A stretch of DNA of 64,000 nt from Macrostomum lignano (taxonomy: Eukaryota). The stretch spans positions 248,001 through 312,000 of the forward strand of contig NIVC01000089.1 in assembly GCA_002269645.1 (NCBI GenBank), in the 5' to 3' direction. Under the pieces are notes generated by a model. It was not told where the DNA came from. It did not search any database and worked only from the letters and a program-made list of their open reading frames with translations. The position numbers were made by a program, and so were the translations under genes. Of the stretch, positions 26,089 through 37,392 are shown one piece after another; position 1 is the first letter of the stretch; each line of letters opens with the position of its first letter.

Positions 26089-29000
26089 GTTTGTCTGTCC
26101 ATCTATAGAAATCTCGAACTGTAGTGGAATGGATTTAGTTAGACTGTCTTGATAATCCAGCTTTAACAGCAGTCAGTATTGGCTCGTCACTGCAGTCAGG
26201 TTTCTGATTTTCTAACAACAAATCAATATTGGCAATTGTCATCAATATTATCATTATCAAATCAGTATTTTAATAGTGAATTGATTTGCACTGGCTAAAA
26301 CTCTAACTAAAAATTTTAAATTAAAAAATCAAGTGCCTTTTGGAATTATGTATTACTCCACTACTTACTAACAAAATTAATACTGCTGCTAATCCTATGT
26401 TTAATGCTTAGTGGTTAAAGTGAGAATGGCTTCGATTTAATTGATGCTTTATGATTTGTAAGCTGGCGAATTAGTGCTAATTTATCATGCATTAATCTCT
26501 TTAACAATCATGCTAGCAAGTGTCATAATCTTGATTTTGTTTTGCTTCCTACTAACTTCATCACCCGCACGGATTTATGGATTTCAAAAAAGAATTTTTC
26601 GTATTATTTTTGACGCAGACTGCCATGCCATCGAATTTGGAGCAGCTGCGTCAGGCTCCGACATCAGTGCTCAAGCCTGCTCATCACGACCAATGTGAGT
26701 AGTGCATTGCAATTGCAGGGTGCATGAGCTAGCTTTCATAGAAATTACTCATTTTTGTTGCTTTTGGTTTGCCCGTTTCAGACGCCAAGACCTGGGAGCC
26801 GAAGGGTCAATACGGACAGAAGGGTGAGTCTGCTCTCATTTTAAATTATTTTCTCGTTTTTGAATATTGATCCCATAATATAACAGTCCCAATCCAGTGA
26901 ATATTGATTCCCTGCTTGGGAATAATCCCCATTCATTTGCCTGCTCCTACTCCCCCACAGTCGTGGTGGACCCGCCGCCGTCGGACTTCTCCCTCCCGTC
27001 GCACATGGACGCCATCGGCAAGTCGCTGCAGGCCCCGGCGCCGGCCGCCGTTGACCCGAAGCCGCAGCTGCCGCCGGCTGCAGGCTATCAGAAGCCGGCG
27101 CAGGAGCAATTCCGCCGGACTGACACGCACGCCTTGGAGACTGCTCAGCAACACGATCCGAAGAATTTCAAAGAGCTCATCTGGCGTTTGATCTACGGGC
27201 CTAAAGTTAACGACGAATTGGAGAAGGTTGGCCATCTGAAGAATTTCATATATATATATACTGGGCTTCCAATCAAGATTCTATTTTATAGAAGTCTATG
27301 GCTCATGAGCCAAGGGTATTTATAGATAGCACCTGGACCAGCTACATAATACTGTTGTCAATTTTCTCCATTTCTTTGATAATGTTAACTGCTGGTATAG
27401 TTTTGTCTCCAGTCCAGATGCTTTTTTAGAAGTCTATTAGCTTTGTCAGCCAGGGACTTCTTAAAATTGCACATGGACTGGAATTTCGCGCATACCCCTA
27501 AAAGTGTCATCCATCCAGCCCTGATATCGCCGTGTCCGACAGGTGCGCATCCTGTTCTTCTGGCTGTGCTCCAAGGATCTCAGCAAGCTGCACTTCTCAA
27601 GCTACAAGCCGGACTCGCCCGAGTCCATCCTCATGGGCATAAAGGCCGGCACCAGCACCTATGCCCAAGCGTTCTACACACTGTGCTCAGCCTGCGACAT
27701 CCCCTGCCAGATCATCGCCGGCTACGCCAAGGGCGCCGAGTACCATCCGGGCATGGTGTTCGACTCGGACACTCGCGGCCGGCACAGCTGGAACGCCGTG
27801 CTGGTTGCGGGCCAGTGGCAGCTGGTTGACTGTCACTGGGCGGCCAGGCGGCTCATTGGCAAGCAGAGTACATTGGATAATGTGCGCTACGAGTTGGACG
27901 AATTCTACTTCCTGCCGAGTCCGGCTAAGCTGGTGAGGCTTGTCTATTAACTCATTGTATTCAGAAATCCCCATTGTAGCATTCGAAATCCATCCCATAT
28001 CCCCTATTCAGAAATGCCAACATCCCCTGTTTAGAAATCCCATGATCCCCTATTCAGAAATGCCAACATCCCCTGTTTAGAAATCCCATGATCCCCTATT
28101 CAGAAATCCCAAGATCCCCTATTCAGAAATCTTAAGATCCCATATCCCCTGTTCAGAAATTCAAACTCTCAGCCTCTACAATCCTAGCTAATCCGAAATC
28201 CCCAAATCCCCATGCTAAATCCCCCAGGTGTACACTCACCTGCCCGACCGCGAAGAGTGGCAGCTGCTCCGCGAGCCAATCACCAAGCAGCAGTTCGAGG
28301 CGCTGGCCCCGGTGAAAAGCGCCTTCTTCAAGCACGGCCTCGACCTGCGCTCCCACCTGCTGGCTCGCATTGACCATGACGCGGATGCGGCCGCCGCCGA
28401 CGCCGCCGCCTCCGGTGCCGACTGTCCGGAGGTGCAGCCAGCGCTGCTGGTAAAGCTCGGCGTGCCCTGGGACTCGGCCAGCCGGCTGGCCTTCACCTTC
28501 ACGCTGGGCGCTCACAGCGTGTCAGCCGCTGAGGGTAGCGCGCAGGTGAGCTTGGGGTCGGTCTTCAAGCTGCCTATTCAGGTGCGTACTAACCATAGCC
28601 AATTCTGCTTAACTTGCAGAATATTAGGCTGCGAGTGCGTTGGCCTAGTAATAATAATAAAAATAATTGATTACACCTGCCCCAATTGGGCAGATGTGCA
28701 ACCGACAGCTCAGCCGCAGCTATTGCGCGGCGCATCTGAAGGCTGCGTACGGCTGTTCAGTCCAAGGTCTGGGGGTCGCCACACACACCCTCAATTACCC
28801 CAGCTAATGCTGGCACCCATTTTACAGCTGGATGAACTGAAGCAATGCAGAGTTGGGTGTCTTGATCAAGGACACAAATTGTTCCGAGTGGGTCCAGAAT
28901 CGAACTCACGACCTTTCAGTCGTGAGTCCGACGCTCTGACCACTAGACTACAACTTCCACACATACACTCGCATCTTAAATATCTTATGTAGTCTCACTT

Positions 29001-30334
29001 TGCCCTTAAGCCTATTAAAATGCGTACTAACCGTGGCCAACTCTGCTTAACTTGCCTAATCCAAGCGTCTAATGTGTTTGTTTGGATCAATTAATAAAAG
29101 TACATAGTGTCCGCCAATCGCACCTCCCCCGAGCCGCAGGCGCAGCAAGAGGAGGAGGAATCCACCCGCCGGCTGAGCCGCTTCGGCGTCCATTTCTACG
29201 ATCCGCGCGACTCGACGGCGACCTTCGCCCTGCGGCCGCCGCAGTCGGGCGCCTACCGGCTCATCCTCTACGCCAAGGAGGTCGAATCCGGCGATTCGAA
29301 GGCGCCAATGCCGGCGCCAGGCAAAGAACAGCTGGTATTTGGCGCCGTCTGCGAATACCGCCTCGACGCCGTGGTCCGGTCGCCTCGTGTGGAGCCGTTC
29401 CCCATGTGCCAGAACACCAGCTACGGGCCCAACGAGGCCAATATTAAGTACAAGCTGTCCGCCATGAACCCGGCCGAGGACCTGCCGCTGTTCACTACTA
29501 ATACCCTGTCAGAGGATGTCATGCTTAAGGTGAATATCTTGATCCCAATTAGAGATCCTCTTCTAAAATCCCGAAATTTATCTCCTAATTTTCTAATATC
29601 CTCAAATCCCATCTCCCAGTGATCTGGTGTCCTCAAATCCCATCTCCCAGTGCTCTGGTGTCCTCAAATCCCATCTCTCAGTGCTCTGATATCTTCAAAT
29701 CCCATCTCCCAGTGCTCTGATATCCTCAAATCCCATCTCCCAGTGCTCTGGTGTCCTCAAATCCCATCTCCCAGTGCAGTGTCCTCAAATCCCATCTCCC
29801 AGTGCTCTGGTGTCCTCAAATCCCATCTCCCAGTGCAGTGTCCTCAAATCCCATCTCCCAGTGCTCTGGTGTCCTCAAATCCCATCTCCCAGTGCTCTGG
29901 TGTCCTCAAATCCCATCTTCCAGTGCTCTAAAATCCTCAATAACTATTTCAGAGTTCATTTTAACTCCCAGATCCCACCGCCGCCCACCCCTTCCCACAG
30001 GTTCCCGGTAGCGAGGCCGACCGGCTGCGCTTCATGGTGAAGCTGAAGTCGCCTCATCAATCTGAGCCACTCGAGTCGGCCTGCGTCAGCCGCGTAGTCC
30101 AGGCCCAGCTGCTGATCCGCGCGCTGCCGCCATCGCCCGGCCTGTACGGCTTGGAGATTTACGCCAACAGGTCCGGCACTGACGGCGACAAGCTCTTCCT
30201 GGTGTACCAGCTGCTGCTCGCCCACCGGGCCCCGGTGCCATCCCGCTGCCGCAGCCGCCCGGCAGCCTGGGACCCTCGGCTAAGGGACAGGTATGTGTGA
30301 CAGTCAGTCAGTCATTCAGTCAGCCAGTCAGCCA

Positions 30335-30366
<32 letters not shown>

Positions 30367-31197
30367 CCCACTCACTCGAGTCAGTCAGTCAGTCAGTCAG
30401 TCAGTCAGTCAGTCAGTCAGTCAGTCAGTCAGTCAGTCAGTCAGTCAGTCATTCAGTCAGTCAGTCAGTCAGTCAGTCAGTCAGTCAGTCAGTCAGTCAG
30501 CATCCCAATCCCCATCATCCCCCAGGAGCTGTCCCTGGCCTGCGTGTCGCCAATCGATCCGCTGTGCACCCTGTCGGAGCCCGGCCGCGACTTGGTGGTG
30601 GAATTCGTGGCCCGCGGGCCGAAGCTCCGCCTGACCTCGCAGCTGAACCGCCTGGACGCAACGCAGCAGCAGCAGCAGAGCGGTGACAGCGTGCTGCAGC
30701 AGGCCATCCCGGACCAGCCGAACCGCACGAGTTTCACGCTGAGCCCGGCCTCAGCCGGCTGGCACCGCCTGGTGGTGTTCGGCATGCCCGCCGGTCAGGC
30801 GGGGGAGAATTTCCCCAATCTGTACTCGCTGCTCATCCTGGTGACCCCGGGCGCCGGTCGCCAGGCGGTCAACGCGGCCGAGCTGCAGTTTCCGCAGCAG
30901 TTCGCCCAGTGGAAGGACGGCTGCGCGCTGCGCCAGCCAATCCGATGGCGCCTGGCGCCGTCCGCCGCGCCAGACGGCTATGTGGCATTCGACCTGCGCG
31001 TGCCGAAAGCTCGCGCTGTGGCGGTGGTCTGCCAGAACGACTGGACTCAGCTGGCCGAGTCGTCCGAGGGCAGCGGCGACTGGCACGGCCGGGCACAGCT
31101 GGGCAGATTCGGGGCGGGCAAAACCGTGTCAGTGTGCGCCAACTTCGGCGGCCAGGCCGACAACTACAGCACCCTGCTGGAGTACCAGATCGCCTGA
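13053..31197 (+). CDS. Hillarin/kyphoscoliosis-peptidase-like protein with two transglutaminase-like modules and a Gly/Pro/Gln-rich linker, ~1737 aa after correcting two 1-nt frameshifts, 14 exons
   Basis: Exons: 13053-13900, 16094-16557, 16883-17091, 18354-18464, 24248-24963, 25133-25552, 26619-26694, 26782-26823, 26961-27226, 27543-27932, 28228-28545, 29140-29529, 30001-30290, 30526-31197. All GT-AG, with phases consistent once single-base losses at ~24710 and ~30232 are restored. TG-like motifs SGYAKG-x-EY..HSWN..WQLVD.HW occur twice (exon 1 and exon 10). The exon 11/12 boundaries are the least certain. Confidence 0.78.
14029..14600. repeat. 32-bp minisatellite (~18 copies), intron 1 of the hillarin-like gene
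   Basis: Unit gggatcaggcctcccttctaatccggaatgca. Confidence 0.95.
14601..16059. repeat. 15-bp minisatellite (~95 copies)
   Basis: Unit atctagaatgcag(a/g)g; source of the [10 protein letters not shown] ORFs. Confidence 0.97.
17132..17362 (-). mobile_element. tRNA-derived SINE, copy 1 (deletion in tRNA head)
   Basis: Highly similar to 28687-28952 but lacks ~30 nt between gaatcg and gctct. Confidence 0.8.
17860..18245. repeat. Degenerate 28-bp tandem repeat
   Basis: Unit tcgaattgtgacagtcagatcgtgaaac, better conserved at the 3' end. Confidence 0.85.
19125..22995. repeat. ~3.9-kb T-poor satellite, 38-bp basic unit with higher-order variants, intron 4 of the hillarin-like gene
   Basis: Unit aaagacaggcgtaagcacaaagacacagaaacagacac, with periodic variant blocks (gaagacacagacagacacaggaatagac). 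Confidence 0.97.
24505..24862 (+). repeat. Coding 39-bp repeat ([13 protein letters not shown] x ~9) in exon 5 of the hillarin-like gene
   Basis: Nine ggctatgga-centred units spaced 39 nt apart; the sixth lacks one G. Confidence 0.9.
25657..26100. repeat. (CTGT)n microsatellite
   Basis: Direct reading. Confidence 0.97.
27960..28215. repeat. Degenerate intronic tandem repeat (cccctattcagaaat core)
   Basis: Repeated cccctattcagaaat / cccctgtttagaaat blocks. Confidence 0.7.
28687..28952 (-). mobile_element. tRNA-derived SINE, copy 2, with CORE-like central segment
   Basis: The minus strand begins tagtctagtggtcagagc (A-box-like) ... gttcgattc (B-box-like). It continues gtgtccttgatcaagacac...ctgtaaaatggg, resembling the CORE domain of CORE-SINEs. 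Confidence 0.8.
29590..29935. repeat. 31-bp minisatellite
   Basis: Unit cctcaaatcccatctcccagtgctctggtgt. Confidence 0.92.
30300..30500. repeat. (CAGT)n microsatellite
   Basis: Direct reading. Confidence 0.95.
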
Positions 31198-31307
31198 TTG
31201 CCCTCTGCAGCTCGATAGTTCTATCGAGCTCCTCATTATCGTTTGTGAACTCAAGATTGCTGCTTTTTTTAGGTTTAATTAGGCTATTTTCAAATACAAT
31301 GTGGTTT

Positions 31308-31925
31308 GGAATGCAGGTGTAATTATTAGGCTAATTATGTTTGGGGAATGCAGGTGTAATTATTAGGCTAATTGAGGTTGAGAATAGAGGTGTAATTACA
31401 AGTATTAGTCTAATTAAGGTTGGGAATGCAGGTGTAATTATTAGGCTAATTAAGGTTGGGAATGCAGGTGTAATTATTAGGCTAATTAAGGTTGGGAATG
31501 CAGGTGTAATTATTAGGCTAATTAAGGTTGGGAATGCAGGTGTAATTATTAGGCTAATTAAGGTTGGAAATGCAGGTGTAATCATTAGGCTAATTGGGGT
31601 TGGGAATGCAGGTGTAATTATTAGGCTAATTAAGGTTGGAAATGCAGGTGTAATCATTAGGCTAATTAAGGTTGGGAATGCAGGTGTAATTATTAGGCTA
31701 ATTGAGGTTGGGAATGCAGGTGTAATCATTAGGCTAATTGGGGTTGGGAATGCAGGTGTAATTATTAGGCTAATTGAGGTTGGGAATGCAGGTGTAATTA
31801 TTAGGCTAATTGAGGTTGGGAATGCAGGTGTAATTATTAGGCTAATTGAGGTTGGGAATGCAGGTGTAATTATTAGGCTAATTGGGGTTGGGAATGCAGG
31901 TGTAATTATTAGGCTAATTGGGGTT
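31308..31925. repeat. 36-bp minisatellite (~17 copies) just 3' of the hillarin-like stop codon
   Basis: Unit gggaatgcaggtgtaattattaggctaattaaggtt. Confidence 0.95.
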
Positions 31926-32817
31926 GGATAGGTAATATTGAACTTTGTCAATTTGTCAAAACATTTCCATTAATAATTGATTCAGCCTGTATGCCACTTG
32001 TTCCGTAATTAAACATTTCACCTGGCCCACAGGAATCATGATTTGCTTATGGTTAACTGCATATCCGATTACATTTAACTTCCGCTTTCGCCTGCTTTTT
32101 CTGCAGCTTTTTCTGGGCGCCAGATCTGTAGCTTTTGTTTGCTAGATTTCCTGCTACTAAATTTTCTAGGTCTCGTTTGAAGGCTCTGCAGTTCCTAGAT
32201 CGCTGCACTGTTTACATTGGCTACCCATAGCAACCGAAAATTGCAGATCGGAAAAGAAAACCTGTAAAATGTCTTCCCAGCAAATTATTGCCTTCTTTCG
32301 GTGTTGCGCCAGAATTCCTTAAATTACTAATTAGTTAAACATTTTCGGGTCATCCTACTACTTTCAGCAGCCATTACCATTTTAAACAAACTTTTTTGTC
32401 CGTTAGTTTGTTTTTGAAACAAAAATTGTTTTTTTGCATTATTTATTATTATAAGTATTTTTCTGTCGCCTTTATCGCTTTTTTCTATTGCGATTTCCCC
32501 GGCCGCTTTTGTTCTAAGAAACGAATTTAAAAGTTGCGCATTGCTGCTTAGACACCGCCCTGGCTAGGGGCTTCGGTTTCCGCTTCGCCCCCGAAGTGTC
32601 TGTTCTGTTTCTATTCCCAGCTCCTGTTTGACATTTTCTTTTTCCTCTTCTTCTTATCTAGTATTCGCGTTACAATCAATAAAATATATTTATACTCACT
32701 AACGGCACTAGCGATATAACCGCATATCTGTTGGCACGCTGTTGCTGTGGCAACGAAAATTCCTACATTGCACTTTCTCTCTCGAGTTTTTATGCCTCAG
32801 ATTCTGGAAAACTGGAA

Positions 32818-32860
32818 TACAGACAGGCAGACAGACAGACAGACACTAAGACAGACAGTC

Positions 32861-32893
<33 letters not shown>

Positions 32894-32938
32894 CTAAGAC
32901 AGACACTAAGACAGACACTAAGACAGACAGACTAACAT

Positions 32939-32973
<35 letters not shown>

Positions 32974-33048
32974 GTCAGTCAGACAGACAGACAGTCAGAC
33001 AGACAGACAGACAGACAGACAGACAGTCAGACAGACAGACAGACAGTC

Positions 33049-33079
<31 letters not shown>

Positions 33080-33254
33080 AAGACAGTCAGACAGACACTA
33101 AGACAGACACTAAGACAGACACTAAGACAGACAGACTAACATACAGACAGACAGACAGACAGGCAGACAGACAGACAGACAGTCAGACAGACTGACAGAC
33201 AGACAGACAGACAGTCAGACAGACACTAAGACAGACAGACAGACAGACTAACAT

Positions 33255-33297
<43 letters not shown>

Positions 33298-33432
33298 TAC
33301 AGACAGACAGAAAGACAGTCAGACAGACAGACAGACAGTCAGACAGAAAGACAGTCAGACAGACACTAAGACAGACACTAAGACAGACACTAAGACAGAC
33401 AGACTAACATACAGACAGACAGACAGACAGTC

Positions 33433-33493
<61 letters not shown>

Positions 33494-33508
33494 CTAAGAC
33501 AGACAGAA

Positions 33509-33549
<41 letters not shown>

Positions 33550-33555
33550 CAGACG
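32818..33555. repeat. (AGAC)n compound microsatellite
   Basis: Direct reading. Confidence 0.95.
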
Positions 33556-34075
33556 GAAAGACCGGCAGGCAGGTTAGCTTTGTCTGTCCCATGTAAGTAC
33601 AAAAAGTCTCCGAGACGCAGATGATGAGCTTTGCATTTTATGATTGATCAATTTTATTGAATTAGAATTAGTTAGGGAGACAGCGGGTAACCAGTGCTGG
33701 CACCTGTGTGATATTGCTAAATACTAGAGCGAGCTTTGCTAACCAAACAGAGCAGTTAAATTATTCAATTGAAGATTAAAAACAGACTTGCAGGTCAGTG
33801 AAGTCTTTCACGAATTTTGTAAGTTTCAAAAGGTTAAAAAATTTTTTTCATTTAATGTGTGAAAAAGAGATTAACTACATTTGGAGTTTCCCTGCTACTT
33901 TATCGAATGCTCATGCTTTAATACGACTTGCCACAGTGGCGTAAATTTTAGGGGGCCGACCCCCACCCCCAAACACCACAAATTTCGCTTCTACCAATGA
34001 CTAACAAAGAAGGTAACTCGTAATCTCGACAGGTGATCAGAATTTGTCACCTCTTGGACTTGACATACACGGGCC

Positions 34076-34890
34076 CAAAAGACAGGGACGCCCACCAAGA
34101 GACAGGGGCACCCACCAAGAGACAGGGACGCCCACCAAGAGACAGGGACCCCCACCAAGAGACAGGGACCCCCACCAAGAGACAGGGGCCCCCACCAAGA
34201 GACAGGGACCCCAAACAAGAGACAGGGACCCCCACCAAGAGACAGGGACCCCAAACAAGAGACAAGGGCCCCCACCAAGAGACAGGGACCCCCACCAAGA
34301 GACAGGGACCCCCACCAAGAGACAGGGACCCCCATCAAGAGACAGGGACCCCAAACAAGAGACAGGGGCCCCCACCAAGAGACAGGGACCCCCACCAAGA
34401 GACAGGGACCCCCACCAAGAGACAGGTGCCCCACCAAGAGACAGGGACCCCCACCAAGAGACAGGGACCCCCATCAAGAGACAGGGACCCCCACCAAGAG
34501 ACAGGGACCCCCATCAAGAGACAGGGACCCCCACCAAGAGACAGGGACCCCCATCAAGAGACAGGGACCCCCACCAAGAGACAGGGGCCCCCACCTAGAG
34601 ACTGGCACCCCCCACCAAGAGACAGGGACCCCAAACAAGAGACAGGGACCCCCAACAAGAGACAGGGGCCCCCACCAAGAGACAGGGACCCCCACCAAGA
34701 GACAGGGACCCCCACCAAGAGACAGGGACCCCCACCAAGAGACAGGGACCCCAAACAAGAGACAGGGGCCCCCACCAAGAGACAGGGACCCCAAACAAGA
34801 GACAGGGACCCCAACCAAGAGACAGGGACCCCAAACAAGAGACAGGGGCCCCCACCAAGAGACAGGCACCCCCCAACAAGAGACTGGGCT
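34076..34890. repeat. 20-bp minisatellite (~40 copies)
   Basis: Unit gacagggacccccaccaaga. Confidence 0.95.
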
Positions 34891-35257
34891 TGACTTGCCC
34901 GTCTTATAGCTTCATTAATTTTTTGCAAAGCTTTTTAAAAAATGTTTTTTATCGCCTTGTTGTCTAGTAATTCTTAAAAGTTGTTTATATTGAAAATTTT
35001 TTTTGAAAGACAGGCTACTGAATTAAATGCAGGGCTTGATTGAAGACAGCTTTGCAAAAAATTAATAAGGCAGGCAGTAAGACCTGCAAGTTATTCAATA
35101 TCAGCATTTACTCTGCTTTCATTCGAAAGCCCCTGTCTCAATAGTGCAAGCCATTGAGTATTTTCTGAGAGACAAAAACTTTCTCATCATTTTAATAAAA
35201 CACCCCTGTTTCTAATTAAGAGGTCCTTGAAGTTCTCGAGCTCAGGTGAGCCGGGGA

Positions 35258-36990
35258 CTACTCGGGGTGCCGGCACAGGTGGCACCGCGCCATCTCCTCG
35301 TCGTACTCCTCCAGCTGGATGGTGACCTCGCTGATCTTGAACTGGTGCCGGATTCGGCGCCTGGCCTCGCGCAGGATGCGCTGGCTTTTGGTGGCGTGCG
35401 CCTGGTCTGCAAGTGAATTGCCGGTTGCAAATGCACATTAGACTACTGCGAGTAGGGTGATGCAAATTCTTCAGCAACCTTCACTCGTGCGATTCCGAAA
35501 TATAAGCTTTTCAGTTAGAGCACTTCTTCCACCTCTCTATTCTATCTCCAATTGCAACACCAATCTCATCACGATTGCAACACCAATCCATTCTCGATTG
35601 CAACATCAATCCCATCTCGATTGCAACACCAATCCATTCTCGATTGCAGCACCAATCCATTCTCGATTGCAACATCAATCCCATCTCGATTGCAACACCA
35701 ATCCATTCTCGATTGCAGCACCAATCCCACTTGATTGCAACACCAATCCCATCTCGATTGCAACACCAATCCCACACCGATTGCAACACCTATCCCAAAC
35801 CGATTGCAACACCAATCCCATCTCGATTGCAACATCAATCCCACTCGATTGCAACACCAATCCATTCTCGATTGCAGCACCAATCCATTCTCGATTGCAA
35901 CACCAATCCCACTCGATTGCAACACCAATCCCACTCGATTGCAACACCAATCCCACTCGATTGCAACATCAATCCCACTCGATTGCAACACCAATCCCAC
36001 TCGATTGCAACACCAATCCCACTCGATTGCAACATCAATCCCACTCGATTGCAACATCAATCCCACTCGATTGCAACATCAATCCCACTCGATTGCAACA
36101 CCAATTCCACTCGATTGCAGCACCAATCCATTCTCGATTGCAACACCAATCCCACTCGATTGCAACACCAATCCCACTCGATTGCAGCACCAATCCATTC
36201 TCGATTGCAACACCAATCCCACTCGATTGCAACATCAATCCAACTCGATTGCAACACCAATCCCACTCGATTGCAACATCAATCCCACTCGATTGCAACA
36301 CCAATCCCGCTCGATTGCAACATCAATCCCACCTCAATTGCGGCACCAATCCCACTCGATTGCAACACCAATCCCACTCGATTGCAACACCAATCCCACT
36401 CGATTGCAACATCAATCCCACCTCAATTGCGGCACCAATCCCACTCGATTGCAACACCAATCCCACTCGATTGCAACACCAATCCCACTCGATTGCAACA
36501 CCAATCCCACTCGATTGCAACATCAATCCCACCTCAATTGCGGCACCAATCCCATCTCGATTGCAGCACCAATCCGTGGATCTGACACGCCACTCACCAA
36601 CGGCCAGGTGGGCGGACAGGGCCGTCCTGCTAGTGGTGAGGCTCCACATTCGGAGGCTGTGCACGTCTTTCACTCCATCGATGTCGCTGAGGGCGGCGGC
36701 CACCTGGGCAAAGTCGATTCCCTGCGGCACGCCCTCCATGAGGATGTTCATCGCGTCCTTCAGGATGGTGATGGTGGTGAACAGCACCAGGACGGAGAAG
36801 ATGAAGGTGCAGATCGGATCGGCCAGCTTGTAATCCGGCTGCGGGATGTTCGAATATCGAGTTTCAGAGTTCAGTTATAATGTATGTATTAATTTCTGTG
36901 GTTGTCTGCCGCTGCAACTTCTGGCGACAGTCAACCCGCAGCCAGACAGCAGAGTGAATATGTGCGTCTCTCCCGGCTTTCTGGAGGGCA

Positions 36991-37048
<58 letters not shown>

Positions 37049-37073
37049 CTGATTGATTGATTGATTGATTGAC

Positions 37074-37109
<36 letters not shown>

Positions 37110-37169
37110 ACGTTCACTGATTGATTGATTGATTGATTGATCGATTGATTGATTGATTGATTGATTGAT

Positions 37170-37213
<44 letters not shown>

Positions 37214-37221
37214 ACGTTAAC

Positions 37222-37258
<37 letters not shown>

Positions 37259-37275
37259 AATTAATTGAATTATTG

Positions 37276-37325
<50 letters not shown>

Positions 37326-37333
37326 ACGTTGAC

Positions 37334-37392
<59 letters not shown>

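Noticed and set aside
31308-31925. 36-bp and other regular arrays as CRISPR-like loci
   Set aside because: Units are contiguous with no unique spacers, the context is eukaryotic and there are no cas genes.
34033-36585. Long ORFs in the 20-bp and 22-bp arrays
   Set aside because: Open in several frames and on both strands simply because of repeat composition.
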